Source: an uncultured Clostridia bacterium (lineage in GTDB: Bacteria > Bacillota > Clostridia > Christensenellales > UBA1242). From it: a stretch of DNA of 64,000 nt. Under the pieces are notes generated by a model that saw only the letters and a list, made by a program, of their open reading frames with translations, was not told where the DNA came from and did not search any database. Numbering within the stretch: position 1 is the stretch's first letter; every line of letters starts with the position of its first letter. The position numbers were made by a program, and so were the translations under genes. The stretch is taken from assembly GCA_944362705.1 (NCBI GenBank), contig CALVTO010000002.1:140818-204817 (forward strand). Reading direction: 5' to 3'. Below are positions 37,514 to 47,379 of this stretch, piece after piece.

Positions 37514-37882
37514 CTATATAACTTCTGGTGCAAGAGAAATAATCTTCATGAAATCTTTATCACGTAATTCACGAGCAATAGGCCCAAAAATACGAGTTCC
37601 TCTTGGTTGTTTTTGGTTATCAATAATAACAGCTGCATTATCATCAAATTTAATGTGGCTGCCGTCGTTTCTGCGAATACCTTTGTGTGTACGAACGATA
37701 ACCGCTTTCACAACATCACCTTTTTTAACTGTGCCCCCTGGGATTGCAGATTTTACAGAGGCAACAATGATATCGCCGATGTTACCGCTACGTCTAAAAG
37801 AACCGCCTAAAACGCGAATACACATAATTTCTTTTGCACCGGTATTATCTGCAACTTTTAATCTAGTTTGTGGTTGTATCAT
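37514..37882 (-). CDS. rplN: 50S ribosomal protein L14
   Basis: The N-terminus reads [27 protein letters not shown]. Confidence 0.98.
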   Translation of the reverse strand: MIQPQTRLKVADNTGAKEIMCIRVLGGSFRRSGNIGDIIVASVKSAIPGGTVKKGDVVKAVIVRTHKGIRRNDGSHIKFDDNAAVIIDNQKQPRGTRIFGPIARELRDKDFMKIISLAPEVI

Positions 37883-37896
37883 ATTTAGCCTCCTTA

Positions 37897-38163
37897 TTAT
37901 TTAACTTTTTCTACAATACGAACAAGACGCCAGCGTTTATCACGACTTAACGGACGAGTTTCAGCAATTTCAACTGTATCGCCAATAGAGCATTCATTCT
38001 TTTCGTCGTGTGCTTTAAATTTTGTTGTTTTGTTGATGGTTTTTTTGTAGATAGGATGTTTATCTTTGGTATGCACAGCAACTACAATGGTTTTATCCAT
38101 TTTGTCGCTTACAACAATGCCAATTCTTGTTTTTCTTAAATTTCTTTCCATTGTTTCTGCCAT
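37897..38163 (-). CDS. rpsQ: 30S ribosomal protein S17
   Basis: Contains [16 protein letters not shown] and a C-terminal [16 protein letters not shown]. Confidence 0.97.
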   Translation of the reverse strand: MAETMERNLRKTRIGIVVSDKMDKTIVVAVHTKDKHPIYKKTINKTTKFKAHDEKNECSIGDTVEIAETRPLSRDKRWRLVRIVEKVK

Positions 38164-38173
38164 AATTTATCTC

Positions 38174-38449
38174 CTATCTTTTTTTTGCAACTTTTTTTGT
38201 TGTTGTCGACTTTTTGGTTTTTGCTACTGCAACAGGCATAGCGTCTTTTGCCCCGCGAATATTTAATTCACGTTCACGCAAAATGGTTTGCACTTTTGCA
38301 ATATTTTTCTTGCATACGTTTAGAGCCATTGGGTTTGCTAAGCTTCCCGTTGCATGACTAAAACGTAAGTTGAATAATTCTGCTTTTAAATCGTTTAATT
38401 TAACTTGCAATTCTTCGCTTGTTAAACTTCTTAATTCTACTGCGTTCAT
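38174..38449 (-). CDS. rpmC: 50S ribosomal protein L29 with a ~25-aa basic C-terminal tail
   Basis: The core reads [26 protein letters not shown]. The tail is [18 protein letters not shown]. Confidence 0.95.
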   Translation of the reverse strand: MNAVELRSLTSEELQVKLNDLKAELFNLRFSHATGSLANPMALNVCKKNIAKVQTILRERELNIRGAKDAMPVAVAKTKKSTTTKKVAKKR

Positions 38450-38892
38450 TAAGCGTTAGCCTCCCCATTTGTAGTTTCTTCTTGTTGTTCACGCGTTACA
38501 TATTTAATTTTGCAAGGAAGTTTGTGAGATGCTAAACGTAAAGCTTCACGAGCAACTTCTTCTTTAACCCCAGCAATTTCAAATAAAACGCGACCTGGTT
38601 TTACAACTGCAACCCAGAATTCAGGGCTACCTTTACCAGAACCCATGCGGGTTTCTGCTGGTTTTTTCGTAACTGGTTTGTGTGGGAAAATATTTATCCA
38701 AACTTTACCACCACGACGGATATAACGCGTCATGGCAATACGAGCTGCTTCTATTTGGTTAGAAGTAATCCAGCAAGGTTCAGTTGCTGCAATACCAAAT
38801 TCACCACGGCAAACTTTGTTACCACGGGTAGCAACACCGGTCATTCTGCCACGTTGTTGTTTTCTTCTTTTAACTCTTTTAGGCATTAACAT
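38449..38892 (-). CDS. rplP: 50S ribosomal protein L16
   Basis: The N-terminus reads [19 protein letters not shown], with [19 protein letters not shown] further on. Confidence 0.97.
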   Translation of the reverse strand: MLMPKRVKRRKQQRGRMTGVATRGNKVCRGEFGIAATEPCWITSNQIEAARIAMTRYIRRGGKVWINIFPHKPVTKKPAETRMGSGKGSPEFWVAVVKPGRVLFEIAGVKEEVAREALRLASHKLPCKIKYVTREQQEETTNGEANA

Positions 38893-39550
38893 GTTTGTCG
38901 CCTCCTTCGGTCAACTTCTTTTTACCAAGAATTTCACCTTTGTAAATCCAAACTTTAACACCCAATTTACCATAAATGCTTGATTCAGCAAAACCGTAAT
39001 CAATATCTGCACGCAAAGTTTGTAGTGGTAGTAAGCCTTCTAGATAGAATTCGCTACGAGCGATATCTGCGTTGTCTAAACGACCGCTAACCATAATTTT
39101 AATACCTTTAACGCCAGCTTTTTGTGAACGGCTTAATGCTTGTTTCATGGCACGACGGAAACCAACACGTTGGTCTAGTTGTGCTGCAACACTTTCAGCA
39201 ACTAATTGTGCGTCTAAATCTGGTTGTTTAATTTCAATAACATTGATATTTACTTGTTTGCCACCAGCAACTTTAGAAATTTCTTTCTTCATTGCTTCAA
39301 CGCCTACACCCTTTTGACCAATAACCATACCAGGGCGAGATGTGCTTAAAGAAATGTTTACTTTATCAGCACTACGTTCAATATACACGCGAGCAATACC
39401 ATAGTTTTTATATTTGTTTTTAATAAATTTTCTAATTTTGTTGTCTTCAAGAAGGAATTTAGAAAAATCTTTCTTGTTTGCATACCATTGGCTATCCCAG
39501 CCTTTAATGATACCAACTCTTAGTCCGTGTGGATTAACCTTTTGTCCCAT
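38879..39550 (-). CDS. rpsC: 30S ribosomal protein S3
   Basis: The N-terminus reads [27 protein letters not shown] domain is present. Confidence 0.97.
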   Translation of the reverse strand: MGQKVNPHGLRVGIIKGWDSQWYANKKDFSKFLLEDNKIRKFIKNKYKNYGIARVYIERSADKVNISLSTSRPGMVIGQKGVGVEAMKKEISKVAGGKQVNINVIEIKQPDLDAQLVAESVAAQLDQRVGFRRAMKQALSRSQKAGVKGIKIMVSGRLDNADIARSEFYLEGLLPLQTLRADIDYGFAESSIYGKLGVKVWIYKGEILGKKKLTEGGDKHVNA

Positions 39551-39559
39551 AATTCCCTC

Positions 39560-39949
39560 CTAGTTATTTGCCGCATCTAAAATCACGGTGATGTGACTTG
39601 TGCGTTTTTTAATAGAATGTGCTCTACCTTTGCTTACTGGGTTAAAACGTTTTAACACAGGACCACCATCGGCAAAACATTCGCTAACCACTAAATCAGC
39701 TTTGTTCATACCCATGTTGTTTTCAGCATTAGCAGCTGCGCTGTTTAATACTTTTAAGATATATGAAGCGCCTGCATTTGGCATATTTTCCAAAATGGCA
39801 GCAGCTTCTGTGTATTTTTTGCCACGAATAACATTTAGAACGATTCTCACTTTGGAAGGAGAAATTCTAACGTATTTTGCAACAGCCATTGGACGTTTGT
39901 CAGCGGTTGCTGCTCTTTTGGCAGTTTTTTCACGCATACGTGTAGCCAT
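39560..39949 (-). CDS. rplV: 50S ribosomal protein L22 (short basic N-terminal extension)
   Basis: Contains [23 protein letters not shown] and [15 protein letters not shown]. Confidence 0.96.
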   Translation of the reverse strand: MATRMREKTAKRAATADKRPMAVAKYVRISPSKVRIVLNVIRGKKYTEAAAILENMPNAGASYILKVLNSAAANAENNMGMNKADLVVSECFADGGPVLKRFNPVSKGRAHSIKKRTSHITVILDAANN

Positions 39950-39951
39950 GT

Positions 39952-40245
39952 TTATTTTCCTCCCTTAACTGATACCGATTTCGCGGTTTTATCTTTATGA
40001 CCTTTAAAAGTTCTTGTTGGCGCAAATTCACCTAATTTGTAACCAACCATTTCTGTTGTAATGTAAACAGGAACGTGTTTTCTTCCGTCATGAACTGCAA
40101 TGGTATGACTAACCATTTCAGGGAAAATAGTAGAAGAACGTGACCAAGTTTTAACAACTTTTTTATCGCCTGTTTCATTCATTTTTTCAATTCTTTTCAT
40201 TAGCCTTTCTTCAACGTAAGGGCCTTTTTTAATACTTCTGCTCAT
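39952..40245 (-). CDS. rpsS: 30S ribosomal protein S19
   Basis: The N-terminus reads [11 protein letters not shown], with [32 protein letters not shown] further on. Confidence 0.97.
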   Translation of the reverse strand: MSRSIKKGPYVEERLMKRIEKMNETGDKKVVKTWSRSSTIFPEMVSHTIAVHDGRKHVPVYITTEMVGYKLGEFAPTRTFKGHKDKTAKSVSVKGGK

Positions 40246-40253
40246 ATTTCCTC

Positions 40254-41081
40254 CTAGTTCACGCGTTTAACCATAAATTTATTTGAAGGATTTTTCTTTC
40301 TTCTAGTCTTATGACCAAGAGCTGGTTTACCCCAAGGAGTAACTGGTCCTGGACGACCAACTGGAGATTTACCTTCACCACCACCATGTGGGTGATCTAC
40401 TGGGTTCATAACTACACCACGAACGGTAGGACGAACGCCCATGTGTCTTTTTCTTCCGGCTTTACCTAAAGAAACGATTTCGTGGTCTAAGTTACCAATT
40501 TGACCAATGGTAGCACGGCATGTAGCCAATACTTTTCTCATTTCGCCAGATGGCATACGTAACGTTACGTATTTACCTTCTTTTGCCATGTATTGTGCGC
40601 TGTTACCAGCACTACGAGCAATTTTACCACCGCGTCCTGGTTGGAATTCAATGTTGTGAACCACAGAACCTACTGGAATGTTTTCTAGTGGTAATGTGTT
40701 ACCAACCTTTACTTCAACGTCAGTACCGCTCATAACGGTATCGCCAACACTTAAGCCTAAAGGCGCTAAAATGTAGCGTTTTTCACCATCTGCATAGTGT
40801 AAAAGTGCAATATATGCAGTACGATTTGGATCGTATTCAATAGATGCAACTTTTGCAGGAATGTTGTCTTTATCTCTTTTAAAATCAATAATTCTGTATT
40901 TTTGTCTATTTCCACCACCGATATGACGCACTGTAATTCTTCCGTAAGAGTTACGGCCACCTGTTTTTTTAACGGTATCTAATAAGGATTTTTCAGGGGT
41001 TGTTTTTGTAACTTCTTCAAAAGATGCAGTTGACTTTGCGCGTTGTCCGGCTGATGTAGGTTTATATTTTTTTAAAGCCAT
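40254..41081 (-). CDS. rplB: 50S ribosomal protein L2
   Basis: Contains [31 protein letters not shown]. Confidence 0.98.
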   Translation of the reverse strand: MALKKYKPTSAGQRAKSTASFEEVTKTTPEKSLLDTVKKTGGRNSYGRITVRHIGGGNRQKYRIIDFKRDKDNIPAKVASIEYDPNRTAYIALLHYADGEKRYILAPLGLSVGDTVMSGTDVEVKVGNTLPLENIPVGSVVHNIEFQPGRGGKIARSAGNSAQYMAKEGKYVTLRMPSGEMRKVLATCRATIGQIGNLDHEIVSLGKAGRKRHMGVRPTVRGVVMNPVDHPHGGGEGKSPVGRPGPVTPWGKPALGHKTRRKKNPSNKFMVKRVN

Positions 41082-41101
41082 TGTACCTTTTCCTCCTAAG
41101 A

Positions 41102-41392
41102 CTATTGTAAACTATCGAAGAATTCAATAGATTTGCTATCTTTGGTTAATTGAACAATAGCTTTTTTAATGTTACCTGTTAAACCTTCGTGTTTTCCTTG
41201 TCTTTTCATTTTTCCGTGCGTATTGATAATGTTTACGCTATCTACTTTTACTTTGAAAATTTCTTCAATTGCCAATTTTACTTGAGTTTTGTTTGCAGCT
41301 TTTGCAACTTCAAATGTGTATTTTTTGTTCGCAATGTCCGCATAACTTTTTTCAGTTAAAATCGGTCTAATAATACAATCATGTGCTCTCAT
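41102..41392 (-). CDS. rplW: 50S ribosomal protein L23
   Basis: Reads [23 protein letters not shown]. Conserved position. Confidence 0.95.
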   Translation of the reverse strand: MRAHDCIIRPILTEKSYADIANKKYTFEVAKAANKTQVKLAIEEIFKVKVDSVNIINTHGKMKRQGKHEGLTGNIKKAIVQLTKDSKSIEFFDSLQ

Positions 41393-42012
41393 TATACTGC
41401 ATACTCCTTCTCAATTTCTTTAACGGCATCTTTGGTAATAACAACTTTTGCATTGGAAACAATGTCGTAAGTTGAAGCAATATCTGCTGTTGTAGTTGTA
41501 ATGTTTGCAAGGTTTGCGCTTGCGCGAATTACGTTGTCGTTATTTTCTAATGTAATAACTACTGCTGAACTATTTACGCCTAAATTTTCTAAAATTTTAG
41601 CCATTTCTTTTGTTTTTCCAGAAACTTCTAAGTTTTCAACAACAACAAAGTTCTTTTCTGCAACTCTTGTAGATAATGCACTTACAAAAGCCGCTCTTTT
41701 CATTTGTTTGTTTACTTTTTTAGAGAAATCTCTTGGCTTTGGTGCAAATACAACACCACCTTTAATCCATTGTGGTGCACGAATGCTACCTTGACGAGCA
41801 TTACCTGTACCTTTTTGTCTCCAAGGTTTTCTACCACCACCACGCACTTCTGTACGAGTTAAGGTAGATTTGTTGCCTTGACGAGCGTTTGCTAGTGTAG
41901 CAACAACTACTTGGTGAATTAAAGCTTCGTTGTAAGGAACGCCAAATACTTCTTCTTTTAACGTTACTTTACCAACTTCTTTACCTTCTAAATTATAAAC
42001 TTTTGTTTGCAT
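41392..42012 (-). CDS. rplD: 50S ribosomal protein L4
   Basis: Contains RQGNKSTLTRTEVRGGGRKPWRQKGTGNARQGSIRAPQW. Confidence 0.97.
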   Translation of the reverse strand: MQTKVYNLEGKEVGKVTLKEEVFGVPYNEALIHQVVVATLANARQGNKSTLTRTEVRGGGRKPWRQKGTGNARQGSIRAPQWIKGGVVFAPKPRDFSKKVNKQMKRAAFVSALSTRVAEKNFVVVENLEVSGKTKEMAKILENLGVNSSAVVITLENNDNVIRASANLANITTTTADIASTYDIVSNAKVVITKDAVKEIEKEYAV

Positions 42013-42029
42013 AATTTCCTCCCCGCCTT

Positions 42030-42659
42030 TTAGTTAGCCTTTACAGCAGAGCAGATTGTAACTAACCCACCTTTAGCACCAGGAATAGCACCTTTTACTA
42101 AAAGTAAATTTCTCTCTACATCAACTTTTGCAATTTCAAGGTTTTGAATTGTAACCTTTTCATTACCATATTGACCAGGCATTTTTTTGTTTTTAAATAC
42201 ACGGCTAGGATCAGAGTTTGCACTCAAAGAACCTACCCCACGATGGTAACCAGAACCGTGAGCCATAGGACCACGATGTGTATTCCAACGTTGAATTGTT
42301 CCTGTAAAACCACGACCTTTGGTAAAGCCTGTAACATCTACTAAATCACCCGCTTTAAATACATCGCATTTTACAGCGCTGCCAATATCTAAACCTTCGG
42401 CAGAAATTTTAAATTCTTTTAAATATTTTTTTGGCGCAACATTTGCTTTCTTTAAGTGCCCAGCTTCTGCTTTAGAAATTCTATTTTCTTTTGTATCTGC
42501 AAAAGCAACTTGCACTGCATTGTAACCATCTTTTTCTTCTGTTTTAATTTGTGTTACGTAGCAAGGACCTGCTTCTACAACAGTAACTGGAATTACAACG
42601 CCGTTTTCTGTAAAGATTTGTGACATGCCAATTTTTTTGCCAAGTATAGCTTTATCCAT
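42030..42659 (-). CDS. rplC: 50S ribosomal protein L3
   Basis: Reads ILGKKIGMSQIFTENGVVIPVTVVEAGPC, with FTKGRGFTGTIQRWN further on. Confidence 0.97.
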   Translation of the reverse strand: MDKAILGKKIGMSQIFTENGVVIPVTVVEAGPCYVTQIKTEEKDGYNAVQVAFADTKENRISKAEAGHLKKANVAPKKYLKEFKISAEGLDIGSAVKCDVFKAGDLVDVTGFTKGRGFTGTIQRWNTHRGPMAHGSGYHRGVGSLSANSDPSRVFKNKKMPGQYGNEKVTIQNLEIAKVDVERNLLLVKGAIPGAKGGLVTICSAVKAN

Positions 42660-42677
42660 TGTAACTTCCTCCTGTTA

Positions 42678-42986
42678 TTAAAGCTTAATCTTAATATCTA
42701 CGCCTGAAGGAAGATCAATCTTCATTAAGCTATCTACTGTTTTAGCAGATGGATTGTAGATATCGATTAGTCTTTTATATGTTCTCATTTCAAATTGTTC
42801 GCGTGAATCCTTATCTTTGTGTGGTGCACGTAAAATTGTTACCACTTCTCTTTCCGTTGGCATAGGTATAGGACCCGAAACCTTAGCGCCAGCTTTCTTT
42901 GCAGACTCCACAATTCTTGCAGCAGATTCATCTACAAGGTTATGGTCGTATGCTTTTAATTTAATTCTGATTTTTTGTGTAGCCAT
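42678..42986 (-). CDS. rpsJ: 30S ribosomal protein S10
   Basis: The start was set at ATG 42986 ([15 protein letters not shown]) with GGAGG 8 nt upstream. The ORF-track start is too close to the RBS. Confidence 0.96.
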   Translation of the reverse strand: MATQKIRIKLKAYDHNLVDESAARIVESAKKAGAKVSGPIPMPTEREVVTILRAPHKDKDSREQFEMRTYKRLIDIYNPSAKTVDSLMKIDLPSGVDIKIKL

Positions 42987-43189
42987 TAGCATTCCTCCAT
43001 ATATTTATTTTTAGGTAAAACTTCTCAGCGTGCATCCGCTCAAAATCATGAAAAGCCCGCCTAACGCCGCAATCTTTTGTTGCGACTATTGTCCGCAAAA
43101 GTTCTCTGCTTGAAGCATTTTGCAGTAACCTTTCGCTTCTTCCCACAATGCAACGTCGTTAGTATACTACACGCACGGGTGCGTGTCAA
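42987..43189 (-). promoter_or_regulatory. S10-operon promoter (TTGACA-17-TATACT) and a ~170-nt 5' leader
   Basis: On the minus strand the -35 is at 43184-43189 and the -10 at 43161-43166. The long GC-enriched leader has several short complementary segments. No family was assigned. Confidence 0.55.
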
Positions 43190-43237
43190 GAGTTTTCTTT
43201 AAATTTTTACAAAAAATTTTCAAAAGTTTTTACATAG

Positions 43238-43265
43238 AAAAAAAGTGCCGAATTTCGGCACTTTT
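43238..43265 (-). terminator. Intrinsic terminator of the 465-aa ORF
   Basis: The minus strand reads GTGCCGA-aat-TCGGCAC followed by T7. Confidence 0.8.
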
Positions 43266-43270
43266 ACGGA

Positions 43271-44668
43271 TTATCTTTGCGCTTGTTGTTGGTTTTCTTG
43301 TTGCTTTGTTTGCATATGTTCTTGCACGTAAGCTTTTGACGTTTCTAGTATAGAAACTATTTCTTCACGAGGGTAAGCGACGTCTATGTAATACCCTTCA
43401 TTCCTTTTCTCTACTACGCCATCTTTATCTTCTTCTACAGTTATGTAAAAATCAGGCTCTCGAGAATCAGGAGACACACCTTCTTTTTCTGCATCTGATT
43501 CTTTGTGCGCATACATAGTTATGCAACGCTCTTTGCCAAATGTTAAAAAACGATTGTCTTTCCACATATCACCAGTTGCACCAATAACATCCAATTTTTT
43601 TACATCGGCTGAGCCTTCTTCCATTTGTTCTACACGATACATTTCAAACTGCAACATTTTTAATACGTCGAACATTTCCAAAGGCAAATTCAATTTGCCA
43701 GATATTAACTTAGTTTGAGAATACGGAGCAATTGCATGCGTGGTGGTTGTTTCACCCGTTGCACGATTCACCCTATCCGTTTTTTCCATTAGCATTAAAT
43801 TATAGGTTAAATGTCTATTATCTATAACGTAGTAATACGTTTTTGTTTCCGTAACATCGGCATAAGATGTTTTCTTTACAACTTTGATATTTTTCAAAAC
43901 GTCTTCCATGGTAGGATTCCCTTTTGCGTAAGTATTGATATACGTTCGAGATTCTTCCTCTGAAAGATTTTGGCTAGATGCCAAAACTCGTTTACCTTCT
44001 TTTTCGGCATACACTTCTTTTGTTACAAGCGGAAGAAGCGCATACTGCGCTGGCTCTTTTAAAATAGTTACCGGAACATAATTCATTTTATATACCGTTA
44101 CTTCCTGTTCACCCGTTTTTTCTTCCTTTACAAACGGCGCAGGCAACGTTTCCACTTTATTAAGCAACTGCTGTTTGATAATTTCATTCGTATAACTAAC
44201 TATTTCCGTGAAAACTTCTTTTACAAACGCCTTATTTTCAAACGGTAAGTAATGTATATTTTCTGGATTTAACAAACACGCAATAACACACAATCTTTTA
44301 TTGTAACGCAACTCCGGCCCTCTTTGTAAAAAATAGGTACTTAATGGGTATTGCCACATAAACTCTTCTACAATGTCTGGGTCGTTTCTATATTTTTGCG
44401 GAATAGTTGATACCATAGTTCCAGATTTTATGCGCGTTAAATACATATTTTTCCAAACCGATGTAGAAAACGTTTCTCGAACACTCTGCTTGGCTGAATG
44501 TAACCATTGCTTAATTTTATATACCACACCCTGTTGCCCAAATGTAAACTCATCGGGTATTTCATCTTCTTTTAATACTTTTTCGCGCGCAGAAAAAGCA
44601 ACATCACCGCGCATGATATCTTTATAAAAAATTTGAATGTTTTTTCTTTTTTCCGCAATTTGTTTCAT
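43271..44668 (-). CDS. Hypothetical protein, 465 aa (possible DUF4116-like repeats near aa 95-160; unverified)
   Basis: A long ORF with its own promoter and terminator. No catalytic motif was recognised. The segment YRNDPDIVEEF...LRYNKRLCVIACLLNPENIHYLP recalls DUF4116 repeats. Confidence 0.5.
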   Translation of the reverse strand: MKQIAEKRKNIQIFYKDIMRGDVAFSAREKVLKEDEIPDEFTFGQQGVVYKIKQWLHSAKQSVRETFSTSVWKNMYLTRIKSGTMVSTIPQKYRNDPDIVEEFMWQYPLSTYFLQRGPELRYNKRLCVIACLLNPENIHYLPFENKAFVKEVFTEIVSYTNEIIKQQLLNKVETLPAPFVKEEKTGEQEVTVYKMNYVPVTILKEPAQYALLPLVTKEVYAEKEGKRVLASSQNLSEEESRTYINTYAKGNPTMEDVLKNIKVVKKTSYADVTETKTYYYVIDNRHLTYNLMLMEKTDRVNRATGETTTTHAIAPYSQTKLISGKLNLPLEMFDVLKMLQFEMYRVEQMEEGSADVKKLDVIGATGDMWKDNRFLTFGKERCITMYAHKESDAEKEGVSPDSREPDFYITVEEDKDGVVEKRNEGYYIDVAYPREEIVSILETSKAYVQEHMQTKQQENQQQAQR

Positions 44669-44685
44669 ATTCTTTACCTATAAAA

Positions 44686-44714
44686 AGTATACCACAACCT
44701 TTCTAAATCGTCAA
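44686..44714 (-). promoter_or_regulatory. Promoter of the 465-aa ORF
   Basis: On the minus strand: TTGACG (44709-44714), 17 nt spacer, TATACT (44686-44691). Confidence 0.6.
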
Positions 44715-44718
44715 TAGG

Positions 44719-44748
44719 TAAAAAAATAAGAAGTGTGTGCTTCTTATT
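44719..44748 (-). terminator. Intrinsic terminator of the class I lysyl-tRNA synthetase gene
   Basis: The minus strand reads AATAAGAAG-cacaca-CTTCTTATT followed by T6, directly after the stop. Confidence 0.8.
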
Positions 44749-44749
44749 C

Positions 44750-46327
44750 TTAAAATTGTAAAAGTGGTAAATACTTATCTTTTGCCAACGCTCCTAAAAA
44801 CAAATATAATCTTGGGCCAGAGGCAGAACCTATTAAGAGCATATATACGTTTTCAAAAAACTTCTTTTGTAATTCCATGTCTTGTTTTTTATCGTTACCC
44901 TCACGGCGAGGAATATCGTACAATATGGTTTGCAATTCTTCTAAAGTCACTTCTTTACTAGAAAGTTTATCGTACATAGCACGAATATCCTTCTTTTCTT
45001 CGCCAGAAAGTGATGCGTAGTATGCTTCATTTTTTTCTTTTAATAAATATGCACGCTTTTCAGGCATATAGGTATTCATTAAGTAAGCAATTCTTGGCAA
45101 ACGTTCATCTATATCGGCCTCGGTTACTTGAGGATCTAATTTTTTAAACAATGCAATGGTTAAGTTTCTATCAAAATTTACAATACTTCCTAGCGTTGCT
45201 AATAGTTGTGCCGATACTTTATTTGGCTTAGGTTTTTTTGTCGTGCACAATGCATAATACATAGTTGATTTTATATTTTCTGGACAGTTATCTTTAGAAA
45301 GCGCTTCGTACATTCTGTCAAATTCATGGTACAAACGTAACGCTTCTTCATCTAGGCAGAAATTAAAAGCTTGCCTGGAATCTGGTCGAACGTATATCCA
45401 TAAAAGCATTTCTGGCGGATACACTTTTAATGCTTCTGCTGGCGTAAAGTTTAAACCTGTGGAACTACTCATTTTACCCGCTAAACCTTTAATGCCTACA
45501 AACTCATACATCACAAAGTCTGGGGCTTCTTTTCCATACAACTCTTTAGAAAATACTTTACCTACTGTATAACTACTACCTTTGGTGCCGTGGTCTTTAC
45601 CACCTGGTTCAAAGTCTACATCTTCTACCGCCCAACGCATTGGCCAATCTACTTTCCATACCAATTTTAACATATGGTAATCGCGGACACGAACAGTTTC
45701 GGCATGGCCACACTTTTTACATGTGTACGTAATGGTTTCACCATCTTCTGACACATAGGTAACAACCGTAGAATCGTGCTTACATTTTCTACAATATACG
45801 CTAATTGGCACGTACTCTTCTCTACCTTCATCGGTTGCTTCTTGCGATTTATATTCATATAAAACATCGTAGATAAACCTTCTATTTTTTAATGCATGAA
45901 TTATTTGTTCGGTATATCTTCCTTCTTTGTAACATTTAGATTGGTCTATGTATTCCGCTTCAATGCCTAATTGCTCCATGCTTTTTTTATACGCTTCCAT
46001 AAAATGTTCTGCATAACTATTATGACAACCATACGGATCTGGAATTTCGCTATACGGCATGCCTACATACCCATCAAAACTATCGCCAATATCTTTTTTT
46101 ATATCTGCTGGAATTTTACGCAATCTATCAAAACTATCCCACGATAAGTAAAAACGCACATCTTTACCCGCGCGCTTTAAACCCTGCGCCACAAAAAAGC
46201 TGGTAATAAACTCTCTAAAATTGCCTAAATGTATATTTCCAGAAGGACTAATACCCGCTGCACATGTAAACTTTTGTTTTTCAGGATATTTTTTAATTAA
46301 CGCTTCTACCGCTGCATCTACCCACAT
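44750..46327 (-). CDS. lysK: Lysyl-tRNA synthetase, class I
   Basis: Collinear by eye with archaeal/spirochaetal class I LysRS. Matching segments: the GISPSGNIHLGNFRE (HIGH-type) motif, MPYSEIPDPYGCHNSYAEHF, VDFEPGGKDH, the YEFVGIKGLAGKMSSSTG (KMSKS-type) motif and a C-terminal GPRL. Confidence 0.9.
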   Translation of the reverse strand: MWVDAAVEALIKKYPEKQKFTCAAGISPSGNIHLGNFREFITSFFVAQGLKRAGKDVRFYLSWDSFDRLRKIPADIKKDIGDSFDGYVGMPYSEIPDPYGCHNSYAEHFMEAYKKSMEQLGIEAEYIDQSKCYKEGRYTEQIIHALKNRRFIYDVLYEYKSQEATDEGREEYVPISVYCRKCKHDSTVVTYVSEDGETITYTCKKCGHAETVRVRDYHMLKLVWKVDWPMRWAVEDVDFEPGGKDHGTKGSSYTVGKVFSKELYGKEAPDFVMYEFVGIKGLAGKMSSSTGLNFTPAEALKVYPPEMLLWIYVRPDSRQAFNFCLDEEALRLYHEFDRMYEALSKDNCPENIKSTMYYALCTTKKPKPNKVSAQLLATLGSIVNFDRNLTIALFKKLDPQVTEADIDERLPRIAYLMNTYMPEKRAYLLKEKNEAYYASLSGEEKKDIRAMYDKLSSKEVTLEELQTILYDIPRREGNDKKQDMELQKKFFENVYMLLIGSASGPRLYLFLGALAKDKYLPLLQF

Positions 46328-46409
46328 ATATTTTTCTCCTAAATTTTATCTTATATAAAATAACAAAACGCCGACATTCCGTCAAGCGTTTCAATAAATG
46401 ACTTATGTT

Positions 46410-46892
46410 TTACCTAGCTCTGCCGCGCAAACTTTCTACGTATTCCATATAGGGAACAATTTTGCCGTCGGCATACACAACATCGTCTCCATCAAACTCC
46501 ACAAGTTTGTGGTACGACTTATCTTCTATAAAGTTTTGTACTAAATCTTCGGTAAATACAAAAGAAGATGGATGTTTTTTGCTTAATTCTGTTTCTTCTT
46601 TACGTGCTGTTTTTTCAAATTTTGCAAACACAGAAACGTTTTTATGCTTTTCTACAATGTAATTTAACATAAATGCAGGTACAGCCTCGTAAACAAGAAT
46701 ATCTACAAAGCCACCCATAAAAACCTTTACTTTTACACTTGGCTCTGCCGCCATACCGTTTTTACGTAATGCATAAATATCCCATGCTTTTTCTACTTCG
46801 GGCGATGCATCAAAAGCACTTTGTTGCACATACAGTTCTTTATCTGTTTCAAAATAGGTTAATGTATCTTGTTTAATAATTATTTCACTCAT
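46410..46892 (-). CDS. Hypothetical protein, 160 aa
   Basis: An ORF upstream of, and co-oriented with, lysK. No motif was recognised. Confidence 0.45.
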   Translation of the reverse strand: MSEIIIKQDTLTYFETDKELYVQQSAFDASPEVEKAWDIYALRKNGMAAEPSVKVKVFMGGFVDILVYEAVPAFMLNYIVEKHKNVSVFAKFEKTARKEETELSKKHPSSFVFTEDLVQNFIEDKSYHKLVEFDGDDVVYADGKIVPYMEYVESLRGRAR

Positions 46893-46980
46893 TGTTTTTC
46901 ACCCAATAAAAAGTGTACTGCGTTTTTGCTATGTTGTCAAGATAGAAAAAAAAAGACACTTAATGAAGCAATATAAAAGT

Positions 46981-47018
46981 AAAATAAAAAGACCTTTACC
47001 AAGTTATAAAGGTCTTTT
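46981..47018 (-). terminator. Intrinsic terminator after the DUF1858-like gene
   Basis: The minus strand reads AAAAGACCTTTA-taacttgg-TAAAGGTCTTTT followed by a T-rich run. Confidence 0.7.
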
Positions 47019-47094
47019 TCATATATTGCATTAAAATGATACGATACTTCGTATGATGTTTTGCACCATACGAAACATGTAATCATTTTTATAT

Positions 47095-47301
47095 TTACAT
47101 ATGTTTGTTAAGTTCTTCCACCATAGCGTCTACATCAACGCCATGAACCATAGCTGCTTGCTCTAATGTTTCCATACGACTCATAGGGCAACCTAGGCAA
47201 TGCATACCAAACGAAGTTAAAATGGGTGCTAAATTTGCATTTAACGTTAACACTTGCTCAATCGTCATTTGTTTTGTAATGGTTGCTTTTTTCTTTTTCA
47301 C
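47095..47301 (-). CDS. DUF1858 / hybrid-cluster-protein-associated redox disulfide domain protein
   Basis: 68 aa. Reads MTIEQVL...FGMHCLGCPMSRMETLEQAAMVHGVD, typical of this small family. Confidence 0.7.
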   Translation of the reverse strand: MKKKKATITKQMTIEQVLTLNANLAPILTSFGMHCLGCPMSRMETLEQAAMVHGVDVDAMVEELNKHM

Positions 47302-47379
47302 AATATACTCCTTACTATTTTCATAGTTGTTTTTTTTATTTTATTATTTTAATTTTATTATTTTTATTTTGCTTTTCAC

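Noticed and set aside
42961-43146. 61-aa minus-strand ORF upstream of rpsJ, and the 77-aa ORF at 60341-60574 upstream of rplJ
   Set aside because: Both lie inside transcribed 5' leaders downstream of mapped consensus promoters. They lack an RBS and overlap the true start regions of rpsJ and rplJ. They are interpreted as non-coding leader RNA.
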